Positions 1 through 10,354 of a stretch of 64,000 nucleotides of DNA are shown piece after piece; positions within the stretch are counted from its first letter, which is position 1; each line of letters begins with the position of its first letter. This DNA comes from Desulfosudaceae bacterium. Its GTDB lineage: Bacteria > Desulfobacterota > Desulfobacteria > Desulfobacterales > Desulfosudaceae. The position numbers and the translations under genes were made by a program. The stretch covers positions 960,001 to 1,024,000 of the forward strand of contig CAXXDV010000003.1 in the NCBI GenBank assembly GCA_963674745.2, in the 5' to 3' direction. The notes under the pieces were generated by a model, which did no database searches, was not told the DNA's origin, and saw only the letters and a program-made list of their open reading frames with translations.

Positions 1-2
1 AT

Positions 3-1193
3 CAAAATAACAAAAGTACCCAGACAGAATTTCTGGAAATTTCTTAAAAGACCGTTGCCGTTATTACCGCCAAGCGCGTACTTATACAGAAAAAGGCAAA
101 ATGCCGTTACTAGAAAATACAGCATGGGGCTGTAGGCGTTTTCAGCACCGCCCACTTTAACCCGTAAAAGCACCGAAACGGGAAACATGAATACAGAAAC
201 CAAAAGGAAAATACACCAGGGGTTTTCATTAATTAATGTTTTTCTATTCAATTGGACACCAGCTTTGCGGCAGACGATTAACAGGTAAACCAGACAAAGC
301 GTGAGGAATGAGAAAAAAAACCAGGACTGAGCCAAAACATCTTTTGTCACACCCAATAATGCCAGAAGGCGATTGTCTTTAATCCACGGCGTGTGGGCGG
401 GAATCAAAAAGGTGTTAAAAAAAAAGGCCCGGGCATCGGATACCCACAAGGTTAAACCTCCAAGTAATGCCATAAACACAAAGAAATAAAGCAAGTACTG
501 ACAAGCCTCCTTTCTTCCTTCAGAGAGGCAAATATAAACAAACAAGGCTACCACCAGGGGAATGCTTGTCTGTTTGGATCCGATCGAGAGGGCTGTAAAA
601 AGGGCTGACAATTCATAAGTTAACCCTTTGGCATGTTTTTGCTTCTTTGCGTAAAGGAAGAGACAGGCCATCCCGGCGAATCCCAGGGTCGGCGCATCAG
701 CGTGGATCGTAAACGCCGAATAGGTCAAACTCTCCATGTTTGTGGTAAACAAACAAAACAAAACAAAAAAACCAAGAGTCAGAAGAAACCGTCGCGGGTG
801 ATTATTAGTTTTTAATAATAATGTCATTAACACCGGCAATAAATATAGAAAAACACTGATGGCGGACGCACCCATCAGGCAAAGATTGATCGAAGGGAGC
901 AACAATGCGGGCAAATAGACAAAAGGGGTTACCGGTCCGTACATTTGTGACAGTATTGGACCGGTTTTATAGGGATAAAGGTCGTCACCCAAAAGAATTG
1001 AATAGCTCCAGGAAAGTCTGACGCCGTTCCAACACCCCTCGGAGATATAATATCCGATTCCCCCCTTGTGGGGGACCTTATGCCGATCTAGAGGCGCACT
1101 CATTATTTCCTGAATGATCAGGATGGCGGAAAAAATCAATGCCACTAAAATTAAATACCGGATGTATGAAACAGACTTCGTGTAAGCATTCAA
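3..1193 (-). CDS. Multi-pass membrane protein, possibly GT-C/ArnT-like glycosyltransferase; partial, runs off the left edge
   Basis: Not in the ORF track. Manual minus-strand translation from TTG at 1193 gives an open hydrophobic frame (...MYGPVTPFVYLP...HADAPTLGF...SKQTSIP...KVGGAENAY...). Confidence 0.65.
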   Translation of the reverse strand, partial: MNAYTKSVSYIRYLILVALIFSAILIIQEIMSAPLDRHKVPHKGGIGYYISEGCWNGVRLSWSYSILLGDDLYPYKTGPILSQMYGPVTPFVYLPALLLPSINLCLMGASAISVFLYLLPVLMTLLLKTNNHPRRFLLTLGFFVLFCLFTTNMESLTYSAFTIHADAPTLGFAGMACLFLYAKKQKHAKGLTYELSALFTALSIGSKQTSIPLVVALFVYICLSEGRKEACQYLLYFFVFMALLGGLTLWVSDARAFFFNTFLIPAHTPWIKDNRLLALLGVTKDVLAQSWFFFSFLTLCLVYLLIVCRKAGVQLNRKTLINENPWCIFLLVSVFMFPVSVLLRVKVGGAENAYSPMLYFLVTAFCLFLYKYALGGNNGNGLLRNFQKFCLGTFVIL

Positions 1194-1252
1194 TTCAATT
1201 GACTCGTTATTTTAGGCGTTTTTTTGATTTGTGACATGGCAGAACAAAGGGC

Positions 1253-1909
1253 TTGATAACTCCGTGCGGATTGTCTTCAGAAGCAATACACACACCTCTC
1301 CGGCATCAGACGGTCGATCAAGGCCTCCAAAAGCATGGGGCACGCTCTTTTTTTTCTATAGCAAGACCGTCCTTGAGTGTCAATATGTCACTGGCCACCA
1401 TATGCATTTTGAAGGGCTTTTCAAAAAAGGGCGTCAAGGCCGAAGCAATCCTCAACCAGGCGGAAAAACTCAAATACACCTGCCCGTTTTACTGGACGGT
1501 ATATCAAACAACTGCGTTGGGTTTAAGGTTTGATAGAGCCAGATATGAAAATATATATTCTAAGGCAATTGCCGCCGAACCATGCAACTATATATACTTT
1601 TTTCAAAAAGCAAAATACCTGCTCAACAGATGGTTTGGTGAAGATGGAGAGTGGGAAAGATTTGCTTTGACTGTTGCCGATAGCACAGGTGGAGAGAAAG
1701 GAGACATTCTCTATGCACGAATTGTATGGTATATCATGACCTATTTTGATTTACGTGATCATAATACACGTATTAATTGGGATCGAGTGCAAAGAGGCTT
1801 TGATCTCATTCATAACATAAAACAGCCGGAACCAAATCAAGAGCATAAAGATACTGGCATTGTTTACAGTCTAATTAATTTCAAAGATGTAAAATACCAG
1901 GCAATTTAA
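1253..1909 (+). pseudogene. C-terminal fragment of a DUF4034-like/TPR protein
   Basis: YLLNRWFGEDGEWERFA resembles the L-x-P-R-W-x-G motif of DUF4034 proteins; the N-terminus and start look non-native. Confidence 0.4.
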
Positions 1910-2703
1910 CACAGCATGTTGCTAATAAAGGGAATACTGATACATTGTCGCCGATTAATGGTTGACTTGCCTTTTTTAAAGTTAGCATTGGCGGCCGAGC
2001 CTGGGTCATCTATCAATCCAAAGACGGTTGGAACCGTGAACTCACCGCTTGCGAGGGCCGCAGGATCTTGTCGGCAGAGAAGTGAACGGGAATTCGTTGT
2101 TGACGAATGGCAATCTGAGTGTGCACTTAGATGTACATCTCATAATGGAGAAAAAGCATGAAAGAACTCAGCTGAAAAACAGGGCAAAGCCCTGTTGTCT
2201 TCGTATCAGATATTCACTTTGGAGCCAATCGAGAAGAAGACGTGGCTTCATTTGTTAAGGATGCCTTAAACCCGGATATCAATCCGGACAGGCAGGTGAT
2301 CATCGTAGGCGATATTACCCGGAATGCCACGGAAGACGAATTTAAGACCTCAGAAACGTTTATCCTGCAATTACTTGACGGAGATCTGAAACTTGTTTTT
2401 TCCCTGCAGTTTGCTCCAGGGTCGAATCATTATGTTTGAGCGAAATATTCGGGTTAGCGTTTTGATCTTTATTGATAATCAGAAATAATCTGTCTTGCAT
2501 GTGCAGCCAGGTGGCTGGTGCCAAACACGACTCGTGAAATATCCGGGGCCGGGGAGCCAGGTCACCTTGCCAACAGCCTGTCCCTTTGCTATCATTCTAA
2601 ATTAAAAACTGATTTCAACCTTGATTTTCTTAAAAAATATGTTAAAACAAAAAAAGATAGTATCTTTTTTGGGGGCGTCCAACACTAATACTGAAGGGGT
2701 TGC

Positions 2704-5340
2704 ATGAAGAAAATTCTCTCCGTAAGTGTAGATACGCTTATACTTAACAAAATCTCCAGCCTGCTTCGAAAACACGAACACGCCAGTAATTATGATATCC
2801 TTACGGCGGAAAGCCTTCAGGAAGCTGATACCACACTCAAAAAGACAAAAATCGATATTGTTATTATCGACTTGTTCGCCCCCTCCACGAGCGACCTTGA
2901 ATTACTCAAAACGATCACGAAAAATAACGCTCGTATTCCTTTTATCGTTATGACCTTCTTTGAATCCGGTGAGATTGAGTCCACCATCAGGTCCATTCGC
3001 GAAATTCGATACTTTGAAAAGCCGGTCGATTTTACGGCCCTGACAGACAAAGTGGTGCAGGAAATGGCAGGTGGCGTCGGCGGCGTCTTTCATGGCATCA
3101 GCCTGGCTTCTTTTCTCCAGATGTCGGAAATCGAAGGCGCCTCCTGTACGCTGAAGGTAAAAGCAGGGGGACAGGAAGACGGTCGACTCTATTTGCAAAA
3201 CGGCACCCTGGTAGCGGCGGCGGCCGGGGCCGTCAGCGGAGAAGAAGCTGTATACGAAATACTCGGCTGGAACAGGCCGACGATCGAGATTGATTATCCC
3301 GACCTGAACATTTCCAGGGAAATTGATCAGCCGCTGATGCACCTCCTGATGGAAATGACGAGACGACAAGATGCAAAAGTCGGTAAGGTCGTACACCAAT
3401 CCGGTAAGATCAGTTACAGACCGGTGCAGGACGGAGATACGGCAGATACCCGGGAAGACACCGAAAAAATGCAGGCTGTCATCGAAAAACAGAAAGCCGC
3501 TGCCGAGAAAAAAAAGGCTGCTGCTCAAAAAAAGCAGGCTGACATCCAAAAACAGAAAGCCGCTGCCGAGAAAAAGAAGGCTGCTGCTGAAAAAAATCAG
3601 GCTGACATCCAAAAACAGAAGGCCGCTGCTGAAAAAGAAAAAGTCGCCCTCGAAAAACAGAAAGCCGCTGCCGAGAAAAAGAAGGCTGCTGCTGAAAAAA
3701 ATCAGGCTGACATCCAAAAACAGAAAGCCGCTGCCGAGAAAAAGAAGGCCGCTGCCCCCCGGGAGGCGCAGGAAAGCCCGCCCGCTGAGCCGGCTGAAAA
3801 AACCAGGGCCGAATCGGATAAAGCCCCGGCTGCCGATGAACCTCGGGCCACCGGGACCATCATTCCGTGGTGGAAAAGCAAAAAGTTTCGCTATAGCATC
3901 ATTGCGGGAATATCGGGTTTCGTCTGTCTGGGGCTTCTTGCCTTTTTCTTTTCGAGCTCTGGCGAACAATCCCCCGGTGAAGATGCCGTCAAACCGTTGA
4001 AGACCGTCGAGGCGGTACGGGGCAAGCTTCCCGTCGCGAATGCCGGCAATACGGATCGATCCCCCGGTAAAGATGCCGTCAAACCCTTGACTTCAGGGAC
4101 CGCCGAGACGGCACGGGTCAAGCTTCCCGTCGATAATACCGTCACTGCGGGACGTTTCTATGTAAACACAAATTATAAAGACGCTACCATTACGCTTCCT
4201 GACATCAAACAAGAATACAGCCCCGGCATGCGGCTGGCACCGGGTAAATATAAAGTAATCGCAACGGCACCAAACCACGCGCCAATAGAAAAAACCGCTA
4301 TTGTCTCAGCAGGAACTGACAACAAAGTCGACATAGCGTTTCCCCCTGATCTGGGTACCCTCTATGTTACTACCAAACCATCCGGTGCCGTTATCAAAAT
4401 AATGAATTATGATAAGGAATTTCAACAGGGGATAGAACTACCGGCAGGTAAGTACCAGATTGACGCTGAATCAGGCTTTGCCAGGGCAAGTGAATGGGTC
4501 ACCGTTTCAGCTAATGAGAAAAACAGCGTATCCTTATCGTTAACCCAGGCTGAAGTCTTTACAAACTCCCTGGGTATGAACTTCAAATGGATCGGTCCCG
4601 GAAGTTTTACGATTGGCAGCCCGACAACTGAAACCGGGCGTGCCATGGACGAATATCAGCACAAGGTTACCATAAGCAAGGGGTTCTACATTCAAACCAC
4701 AGAGGTAACCCAGAAACAGTGGGCCAGGCTGATGGGCAACAATCCATCTTATTTTACAGGTTGCGGCGATAACTGCCCTGTGGAAAATATTTCCTGGCTG
4801 GGTGCCCAGGAATTCATAAAAAAATTAAAAGCAAAATATAACATGAATTACGATATGCCCACGGAAGCGGAGTGGGAATATGCCTGCCGCGCCGGAAGCA
4901 AAACAGCCATATATACCGGCCCCCTGAGCATCTTGAGTCTTAATACCGGCGTGGAATTGGAGCCTATTGCCTGGTATGGCGGAAATAGCTGTGCGGATTA
5001 CTCCGGGGCCGATGACTGCTCCGACCGAAAAGGTGCGAAGATCAAATGCCAGCGCTGCGGAACACAACCTGTTGGAACGAAAAAACCCAATGCCTGGGGT
5101 TTATATGATATGCTGGGCAATGTCTGGGAATGGTGTTCAGACTGGTATAACAATTTTCCCGGCGGTTATAATACAGGCCCTGTTACAGATCCCAGGGGAC
5201 CGTCCGTAGGCACACACCGCATAATCAGGGGGGGGGGCTGGTTTAGCGGGGCTGCACAATGCCGGTCAGCATTCCATGACAGGAGTGCGCCCACCGCTAC
5301 GAGTAAGGGCGTGGGGCTTCGGGTAATTATACGCGACTAA
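2704..5340 (+). CDS. Multidomain membrane protein: receiver + DUF4388 + Lys/Ala-rich coiled coil + TM + PEGA-like repeats + FGE-sulfatase (SUMF1-like) domain
   Basis: N-terminal REC (IVIIDL...FEKPVD); GISLASFLQM..CTLKV (DUF4388); TM YSIIAGISGFVCLGLLAFFF; C-terminal PTEAEWEYACRAG, PNAWGLYDMLGNVWEW, RGGGW. Confidence 0.85.
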   Translation: MKKILSVSVDTLILNKISSLLRKHEHASNYDILTAESLQEADTTLKKTKIDIVIIDLFAPSTSDLELLKTITKNNARIPFIVMTFFESGEIESTIRSIREIRYFEKPVDFTALTDKVVQEMAGGVGGVFHGISLASFLQMSEIEGASCTLKVKAGGQEDGRLYLQNGTLVAAAAGAVSGEEAVYEILGWNRPTIEIDYPDLNISREIDQPLMHLLMEMTRRQDAKVGKVVHQSGKISYRPVQDGDTADTREDTEKMQAVIEKQKAAAEKKKAAAQKKQADIQKQKAAAEKKKAAAEKNQADIQKQKAAAEKEKVALEKQKAAAEKKKAAAEKNQADIQKQKAAAEKKKAAAPREAQESPPAEPAEKTRAESDKAPAADEPRATGTIIPWWKSKKFRYSIIAGISGFVCLGLLAFFFSSSGEQSPGEDAVKPLKTVEAVRGKLPVANAGNTDRSPGKDAVKPLTSGTAETARVKLPVDNTVTAGRFYVNTNYKDATITLPDIKQEYSPGMRLAPGKYKVIATAPNHAPIEKTAIVSAGTDNKVDIAFPPDLGTLYVTTKPSGAVIKIMNYDKEFQQGIELPAGKYQIDAESGFARASEWVTVSANEKNSVSLSLTQAEVFTNSLGMNFKWIGPGSFTIGSPTTETGRAMDEYQHKVTISKGFYIQTTEVTQKQWARLMGNNPSYFTGCGDNCPVENISWLGAQEFIKKLKAKYNMNYDMPTEAEWEYACRAGSKTAIYTGPLSILSLNTGVELEPIAWYGGNSCADYSGADDCSDRKGAKIKCQRCGTQPVGTKKPNAWGLYDMLGNVWEWCSDWYNNFPGGYNTGPVTDPRGPSVGTHRIIRGGGWFSGAAQCRSAFHDRSAPTATSKGVGLRVIIRD
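3484..3755 (+). repeat. Intragenic tandem repeat (KQKAAAEKKKAAAEKNQADIQ-type 21-aa/63-bp units with 7-aa periodicity)
   Basis: Near-identical aaacagaaagccgctgccgagaaaaagaaggctgctgct units seen directly. Confidence 0.9.
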
Positions 5341-5341
5341 A

Positions 5342-7135
5342 CTAATACATGTAAGGATCTCCTGGATATGCCCTGAAACTGTATTTCATGGGTCCGGACA
5401 TCTTTTTGGTAGACATGAAAGAAAGTATGCCTCCCAGGGCATTCATGCTTTTCATCTTCGGAATTACTGTCTCTCCCTCGAGCACCGCTTTTCCTGAGCA
5501 AAAATCAGCAACAGGACCTTTAAAAAATAGTTTCATCTCAACCGGGGTCGAGGTCCGTGCTTTTCCCCACCATTTTTTCACATGAAAATGGCTCTTTACG
5601 GTACCATTTATCGTAAAGGTTCCTATGCTGTTTAAAAATAAAGAACCTGTAAACGGCTCAAGCTGTTCCATCCTGAAACCTACTTTCATGGGAAGAAAGC
5701 CGACGCGTACTTTAACCTTGAATGGCGGCATATCAATACTGCCGTTTTCAAGTCTCTTGGAAGACAAATTTGCTCCGATAGACATTGTGGTTGTGTCCGG
5801 CAGTTTGACTTCCTGTTTCAAATTTTCAATCTCAACCATCCCGTCAACGTGCCAGTCTTTCATCTTGATCACAAAATCATCTTCCGGATTCTGTGCGTCA
5901 GATACAGGACGAACTCCGGTGCTGCACAATGTCGTCTCATCCAGAGGCGCGCCGTCAAATCTGTCTTTCATCCAGGCTATTGCGTATGGTGCCACCTGGA
6001 ACAGCGGGACCATATGCTCGGCCGTCGGAAACACCTGGAAAGAAACATCCATACCCATTTCGCAATAAGTCTCTTTTAAATCCAGGGCAGGATCCAGAGG
6101 AGAAAACGGATCGGCTGTCCCGTGATACAAATAAACAGGCGCGTTAATCGGGCTTTTGCCGAGCTTCATGCTCTCGACAATCGCGGACACCTCGGGGAAC
6201 ATTGTAATTAAATCATCTATATTAAGTTGATCATTTGTTAGGTCTTTGATTTTGATATGCATATATATTTTCAGCCCATCCCACACACACACATCCCTTG
6301 CGCCTTCAAAGGCTGCAAACCCCCCCTCATTTACAAGATCATACAACGGCACTTCATTGGGATACTGGTAATACAGCCCGGCTAAAAATGAAAATAAACA
6401 GACGGCTCCCGGTCCGCCGTCCATGACTCTTCCCACCTCTATGAGATCACAGGGAATACCGCCCGCGATAACACCAACCAGATTCAAATCAGGCATATAA
6501 GATGGTTGAAGCTGGCCCGCCCACGCTGCGGTCTGCGCGCCCACGTCGTATCCCCAGGTAACGACTTTGTCGCTAAAGCTGAACGGGGAGTACGGAATCT
6601 GCCTTGAAGCCTTAACGATATCCAATACGGCATAACCCTGGTTATAACCGTTACAGTATGATGGATACGCACCAGTGGTATATCCGGGATAATCACTTAT
6701 TACCACGGCGTAACCTGCTTTCAGAATGGCTATAATATTGTCGTTTTCCCAGTAGTTACCTGACCTGAGCTGAAAAGAAGGAGCGCATTTCTGACCAAGC
6801 CCTTGAGTGGAGGGGCAATAAATAACCACGTTCCCATGATCCCAGGCCACAGGCGCTATGACGGTACCTGTCACGGCGTTTGCCCTGCCAAGTGCATCAG
6901 AAGACCGATACATTATCTGCCATGAATCAAACGGGGGGGCTTCAGGAATCACGACCTTTGCTTTTATGGATCTGATAAGGTCACCATGAACGCCTGCCGG
7001 CAGTGGAGACGGCTCTGTGTAAAAAGACTTTACAGAGAAGCCCTTTTGGGATTCAGCAATGGCCGGAGCGGCGAACAGCAATGCCGATATTATTATCAAT
7101 AACAGGACCGCCGGAGACCTACTGATTCTTATCAT
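5342..7135 (-). CDS. Secreted LIP-family (secretory lipase) alpha/beta hydrolase, paralogue 1, with atypical GYDVG nucleophile elbow
   Basis: Signal peptide; QIMYRS..G...AVTGTV, QGLGQKCAPS, YHGTAD, EH motifs; 597 aa like its two paralogues. Confidence 0.85.
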   Translation of the reverse strand: MIRISRSPAVLLLIIISALLFAAPAIAESQKGFSVKSFYTEPSPLPAGVHGDLIRSIKAKVVIPEAPPFDSWQIMYRSSDALGRANAVTGTVIAPVAWDHGNVVIYCPSTQGLGQKCAPSFQLRSGNYWENDNIIAILKAGYAVVISDYPGYTTGAYPSYCNGYNQGYAVLDIVKASRQIPYSPFSFSDKVVTWGYDVGAQTAAWAGQLQPSYMPDLNLVGVIAGGIPCDLIEVGRVMDGGPGAVCLFSFLAGLYYQYPNEVPLYDLVNEGGFAAFEGARDVCVWDGLKIYMHIKIKDLTNDQLNIDDLITMFPEVSAIVESMKLGKSPINAPVYLYHGTADPFSPLDPALDLKETYCEMGMDVSFQVFPTAEHMVPLFQVAPYAIAWMKDRFDGAPLDETTLCSTGVRPVSDAQNPEDDFVIKMKDWHVDGMVEIENLKQEVKLPDTTTMSIGANLSSKRLENGSIDMPPFKVKVRVGFLPMKVGFRMEQLEPFTGSLFLNSIGTFTINGTVKSHFHVKKWWGKARTSTPVEMKLFFKGPVADFCSGKAVLEGETVIPKMKSMNALGGILSFMSTKKMSGPMKYSFRAYPGDPYMY

Positions 7136-7179
7136 TTTATTCCCCCCTTATGCTGAATTGCTATTAACAACAGTCCGGA

Positions 7180-8973
7180 TTAGTACATATAAGGCTCTGT
7201 TGGATATGCCCTGAAGCGGTATTTCATGGGCCCGGACATCATTCTAGTGGACATGAAAGAAAGAATGCCTCCCAGAAAATTCATGCTTTTCATCTTCGGA
7301 ATTACGGCCTCGCCCTCAATCACCACGTTTCCTGAGCAAAAATCAGCAACAGAACCTTCATAAAACAGTTTAATCTCAACCGGGGTCGAGGTACGTGCTT
7401 TTCCCCAGAATTTTTTCACATGAAGATGGCTCTTAGCGACACCATTTATCGTCATGATTCCGTCGCTGCTTAAGTATATAGAACCCCTAATCGGCCCAAC
7501 CTGTTCCATCCTGGTGCTTACTTTCAGTGGAAGAAAGCCGACACGTGTTTTAACCTTAAATGGAGGCACATCAATAGTGCCGTTTTCAAGTCTCTTTGAA
7601 GACATATTTGCGCCAACAGACATTGTGGTTGTTTCCGGCAGTTTGATTTCCTGCTTCATCTTTACAATCTCAACCATCCCGTCAACGTGCCAGTTTTCCA
7701 TTTTAATCACAAAATCATCATCCGGATTCTGTGCGTCAGATAACGGACGGGGTCGGGTGCTGCACAATGTCGCCTCATCCAAAGGCGCGCCGTCAAATCT
7801 GTCTTTCATCCAGGCTATCGCGTATGGGGTTACCTGAAACACCGGGATAATATGCTCGGCCGTGGGAAACACCTGGAAACAAACATCCATACCCATTTCA
7901 CAATAAGCCTCTTTTAGAGCCAGGGACTGCTCCATCGGAACAAACGCATCAGCTGATCCGTGATACAAATAAACAGGCGCGTTAATCGGGCTTTTACCGA
8001 GCTTCATGCTCTCGGAAATTGCGGCCACCTTGGGGAACTTTTTAATTAAATCTTCTATCGTAAGGTGATCCCTTGTTAAATCTTTGGTTCCGACACCCAT
8101 ATATATTTTCACCCCATCCCATATACATATATCCATTGCGCCTTCAAAGGCCGCACGCCCCCCCTTAGTTACAAGATCCAGCAACGGAACTTCATTGGGA
8201 TACTGGTAATACAGCCCGGCTAAATATGCCAGCAGATAAACGGCGCCCGGTCCGCCGTCCTGGAGTATTTGCGCATTTATGAGATCAGCGGGAACACCGC
8301 CCGCTATAACACCAACCAAATTCAAATCAGGCATATAAGACGGCTGAAGCTGGCCCGCCCACGGTGCGGCCTGCCCGCCCTGGGAGTATCCCCAGATAAC
8401 GACTTTGTCGCTATAGCTGAATGGGGAGTAAGGAATCTGTCTTGACGCCTTAACGATATCCAGTGCGGCATAACCCTCGTTATAACCGTTAAGGAATGAT
8501 GGATACATACCGTTGGTATATCCGGGATAATCGGTTATTAACACGGCGTAACCCGCATTAAGAAGGGATATAATATTTTCGTTTTCCCAGTAGTTACCTG
8601 CCCTGAGCTGAAAAGAAGGAGCGCATTTCTGAGAAAGCCCTTGAGCGACGGCGCAATAGATAACCACGTTCCCATGATCCCAGGCCTCAGGCACTATGAC
8701 GGAACCTGTCACGGCGTTTGGCCTGCCAAGATAATCAGAAGACCGATACATTACCTGCCATGAATCATACGGGGGGGCTCCAGGAATCACGACCTTTGCT
8801 TTTATGGATCTGATAAGGTCACCATGAACGCCTGCCGGTAGTGGAGACGGCTCTGTGTAAAAAGACTTCACAGAGAAGCCCTTTTGGGATTCAGCAATGG
8901 CCGGAGCGGTGAACAGCAATGCCGATATCATTATTAGTAACAGGACCGCCGGAGACCTACTGATTTTTACCAT
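7180..8973 (-). CDS. Secreted LIP-family lipase, paralogue 2
   Basis: Signal peptide; GYSQG nucleophile motif, YHGSAD, AEH. Confidence 0.88.
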   Translation of the reverse strand: MVKISRSPAVLLLIMISALLFTAPAIAESQKGFSVKSFYTEPSPLPAGVHGDLIRSIKAKVVIPGAPPYDSWQVMYRSSDYLGRPNAVTGSVIVPEAWDHGNVVIYCAVAQGLSQKCAPSFQLRAGNYWENENIISLLNAGYAVLITDYPGYTNGMYPSFLNGYNEGYAALDIVKASRQIPYSPFSYSDKVVIWGYSQGGQAAPWAGQLQPSYMPDLNLVGVIAGGVPADLINAQILQDGGPGAVYLLAYLAGLYYQYPNEVPLLDLVTKGGRAAFEGAMDICIWDGVKIYMGVGTKDLTRDHLTIEDLIKKFPKVAAISESMKLGKSPINAPVYLYHGSADAFVPMEQSLALKEAYCEMGMDVCFQVFPTAEHIIPVFQVTPYAIAWMKDRFDGAPLDEATLCSTRPRPLSDAQNPDDDFVIKMENWHVDGMVEIVKMKQEIKLPETTTMSVGANMSSKRLENGTIDVPPFKVKTRVGFLPLKVSTRMEQVGPIRGSIYLSSDGIMTINGVAKSHLHVKKFWGKARTSTPVEIKLFYEGSVADFCSGNVVIEGEAVIPKMKSMNFLGGILSFMSTRMMSGPMKYRFRAYPTEPYMY

Positions 8974-8996
8974 TTTGTTCCCCCCTTATGCTGAAT

Positions 8997-9010
8997 TGTT
9001 ATTAATAACA
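8997..9010. promoter_or_regulatory. Palindromic putative operator upstream of lipase genes
   Basis: TGTTATTAATAACA is a perfect palindrome; variants at 19747-19760 and 7159-7172 lie at the equivalent position. Confidence 0.5.
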
Positions 9011-9151
9011 GTAACGATGATTTTTGTTCAGGAATTTGTCTGTCTTTTGCACCACAACTTATGATAATTTTTAGTGTAACAGTTTGAAAAAAATAATACA
9101 AATGATGTTAATAATCTTTTTCTTAAACTTTATTTTTGTATATGAAAATCT

Positions 9152-9281
9152 TTTTTCTGCCCCACCTGAATCGACCTGACATAACCGTCCCAATAGCCCA
9201 TCAACATGTAGCGCCCAGAATAAGATTGACACACAAGGCCGTACATGCTATAGATAAAGACCATAAAAGCAAGTTCTTATC
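9152..9281 (+). mobile_element. Orphan IS91-family terminal (ori-end-like) remnant with outward sigma-70 promoter
   Basis: Alignable with 55177-55308; identical GACCATAAAAGCAAGTTCTTATC; TTGACA-N17-TATAGA at 9226-9254. Confidence 0.75.
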
Positions 9282-9333
9282 TTTTATTTTTGAAAATTTC
9301 ACTCTGGTAGATTAACCTGGAAGGTGATCCCCA

Positions 9334-9774
9334 ATGAGCCCCGACAACAGTGAACAACGGAAATACAAGAGGCTTTACTTCCCAACGGATGAAATGATTC
9401 GAGCCGTTTTTTCATTTTCAGATGACAAGCAACTGATTTTTGACTCAAAGGTATTGAACCTGAGTGAATTAGGGCTTGGGTTGGTGGTGCGCAAAAGCGA
9501 TACCAACGCGGCCGACGACCTTAAGGCTGGAGACATTTTGCACCTCAAGGAGATTGTCGGGAATCCTGATCTGAAATTTGTTCGCGAAATTAAATCTGAA
9601 ATCCGGTGGGTCGCGAATGCTCAATGGATGGACAATATCGGGTTTGGATGCGAATTTATCGACATTCCTGCTGAACTGAGAGGAAAAATAAATTCCTTTA
9701 TAAACGTCGCCGAAGAAACAATGGATAACTTATTTGTTCCACTCGATGAACTGGGCCCCTCGAAAATGGACTGA
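9334..9774 (+). CDS. PilZ domain protein
   Basis: RKYKR and NLSELG c-di-GMP-binding motifs; C-terminal GCEF. Confidence 0.85.
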   Translation: MSPDNSEQRKYKRLYFPTDEMIRAVFSFSDDKQLIFDSKVLNLSELGLGLVVRKSDTNAADDLKAGDILHLKEIVGNPDLKFVREIKSEIRWVANAQWMDNIGFGCEFIDIPAELRGKINSFINVAEETMDNLFVPLDELGPSKMD

Positions 9775-10354
9775 AGTTTCCGGGGGCCTGTTTTTTTTGA
9801 CCAATCCGGATCGGCCCCCGATTTCTGAGACAACAGCCTGCCTTTATCCTGCTTGATTGATCTTTACTTTTGATAATAAACATCCCATGCCGGTTCCAGC
9901 TCTTCTCCGTGCGCGGATACGCATTGAAAATAATGGCTGGCTGCCTGATTTCTCGGCTTATATACCCCGGAGACCGCCCGGTGGTCCGGGTTGATAGCTG
10001 ACGTTGTTGCCGCATACCTGGCGTCAGTCGGTAAGATCGGCAGAGACTACAGATGCAAACAAAACAGACGTGCAAGTTTGATTGAACATCGGCTACCCTC
10101 CTTGGTATGTAGTTTAAAAGCACGGGCACTGTATTGCGATTCAGCATCGAAAATCAAGGAAAAGACAGAAAATACATCTTCCTGTTTAAAAACAAAGGCT
10201 CTGAAGGTAAGTCAGGGCTTTTGCTTTGCAGATTAAGCATATACCATCACATAAATAAATCTGTTTAATCATATCTATATGTTGTAAAGAAGCCGTGTTA
10301 TAATCACCCATACTCAGTATTGATGAGTTAATAGATACTTGGGAGGACTATCAA

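Noticed and set aside
2160..2560. Short ORFs and a repeated GAAATAT(T/C)CGGG motif, possibly IS-end debris
   Set aside because: Too short and degenerate to assign.
2902..4000. Long alternative-frame ORFs (355 aa minus, 209 aa plus)
   Set aside because: Shadows of the low-complexity repeat in the 878-aa gene.
7140..7150. Recurrent CCCCCCTT before minus-strand genes
   Set aside because: It is simply an AAGGGGG Shine-Dalgarno variant.
9800..10250. Possible decayed gene between the PilZ and ABC genes
   Set aside because: No recognisable family in any frame.
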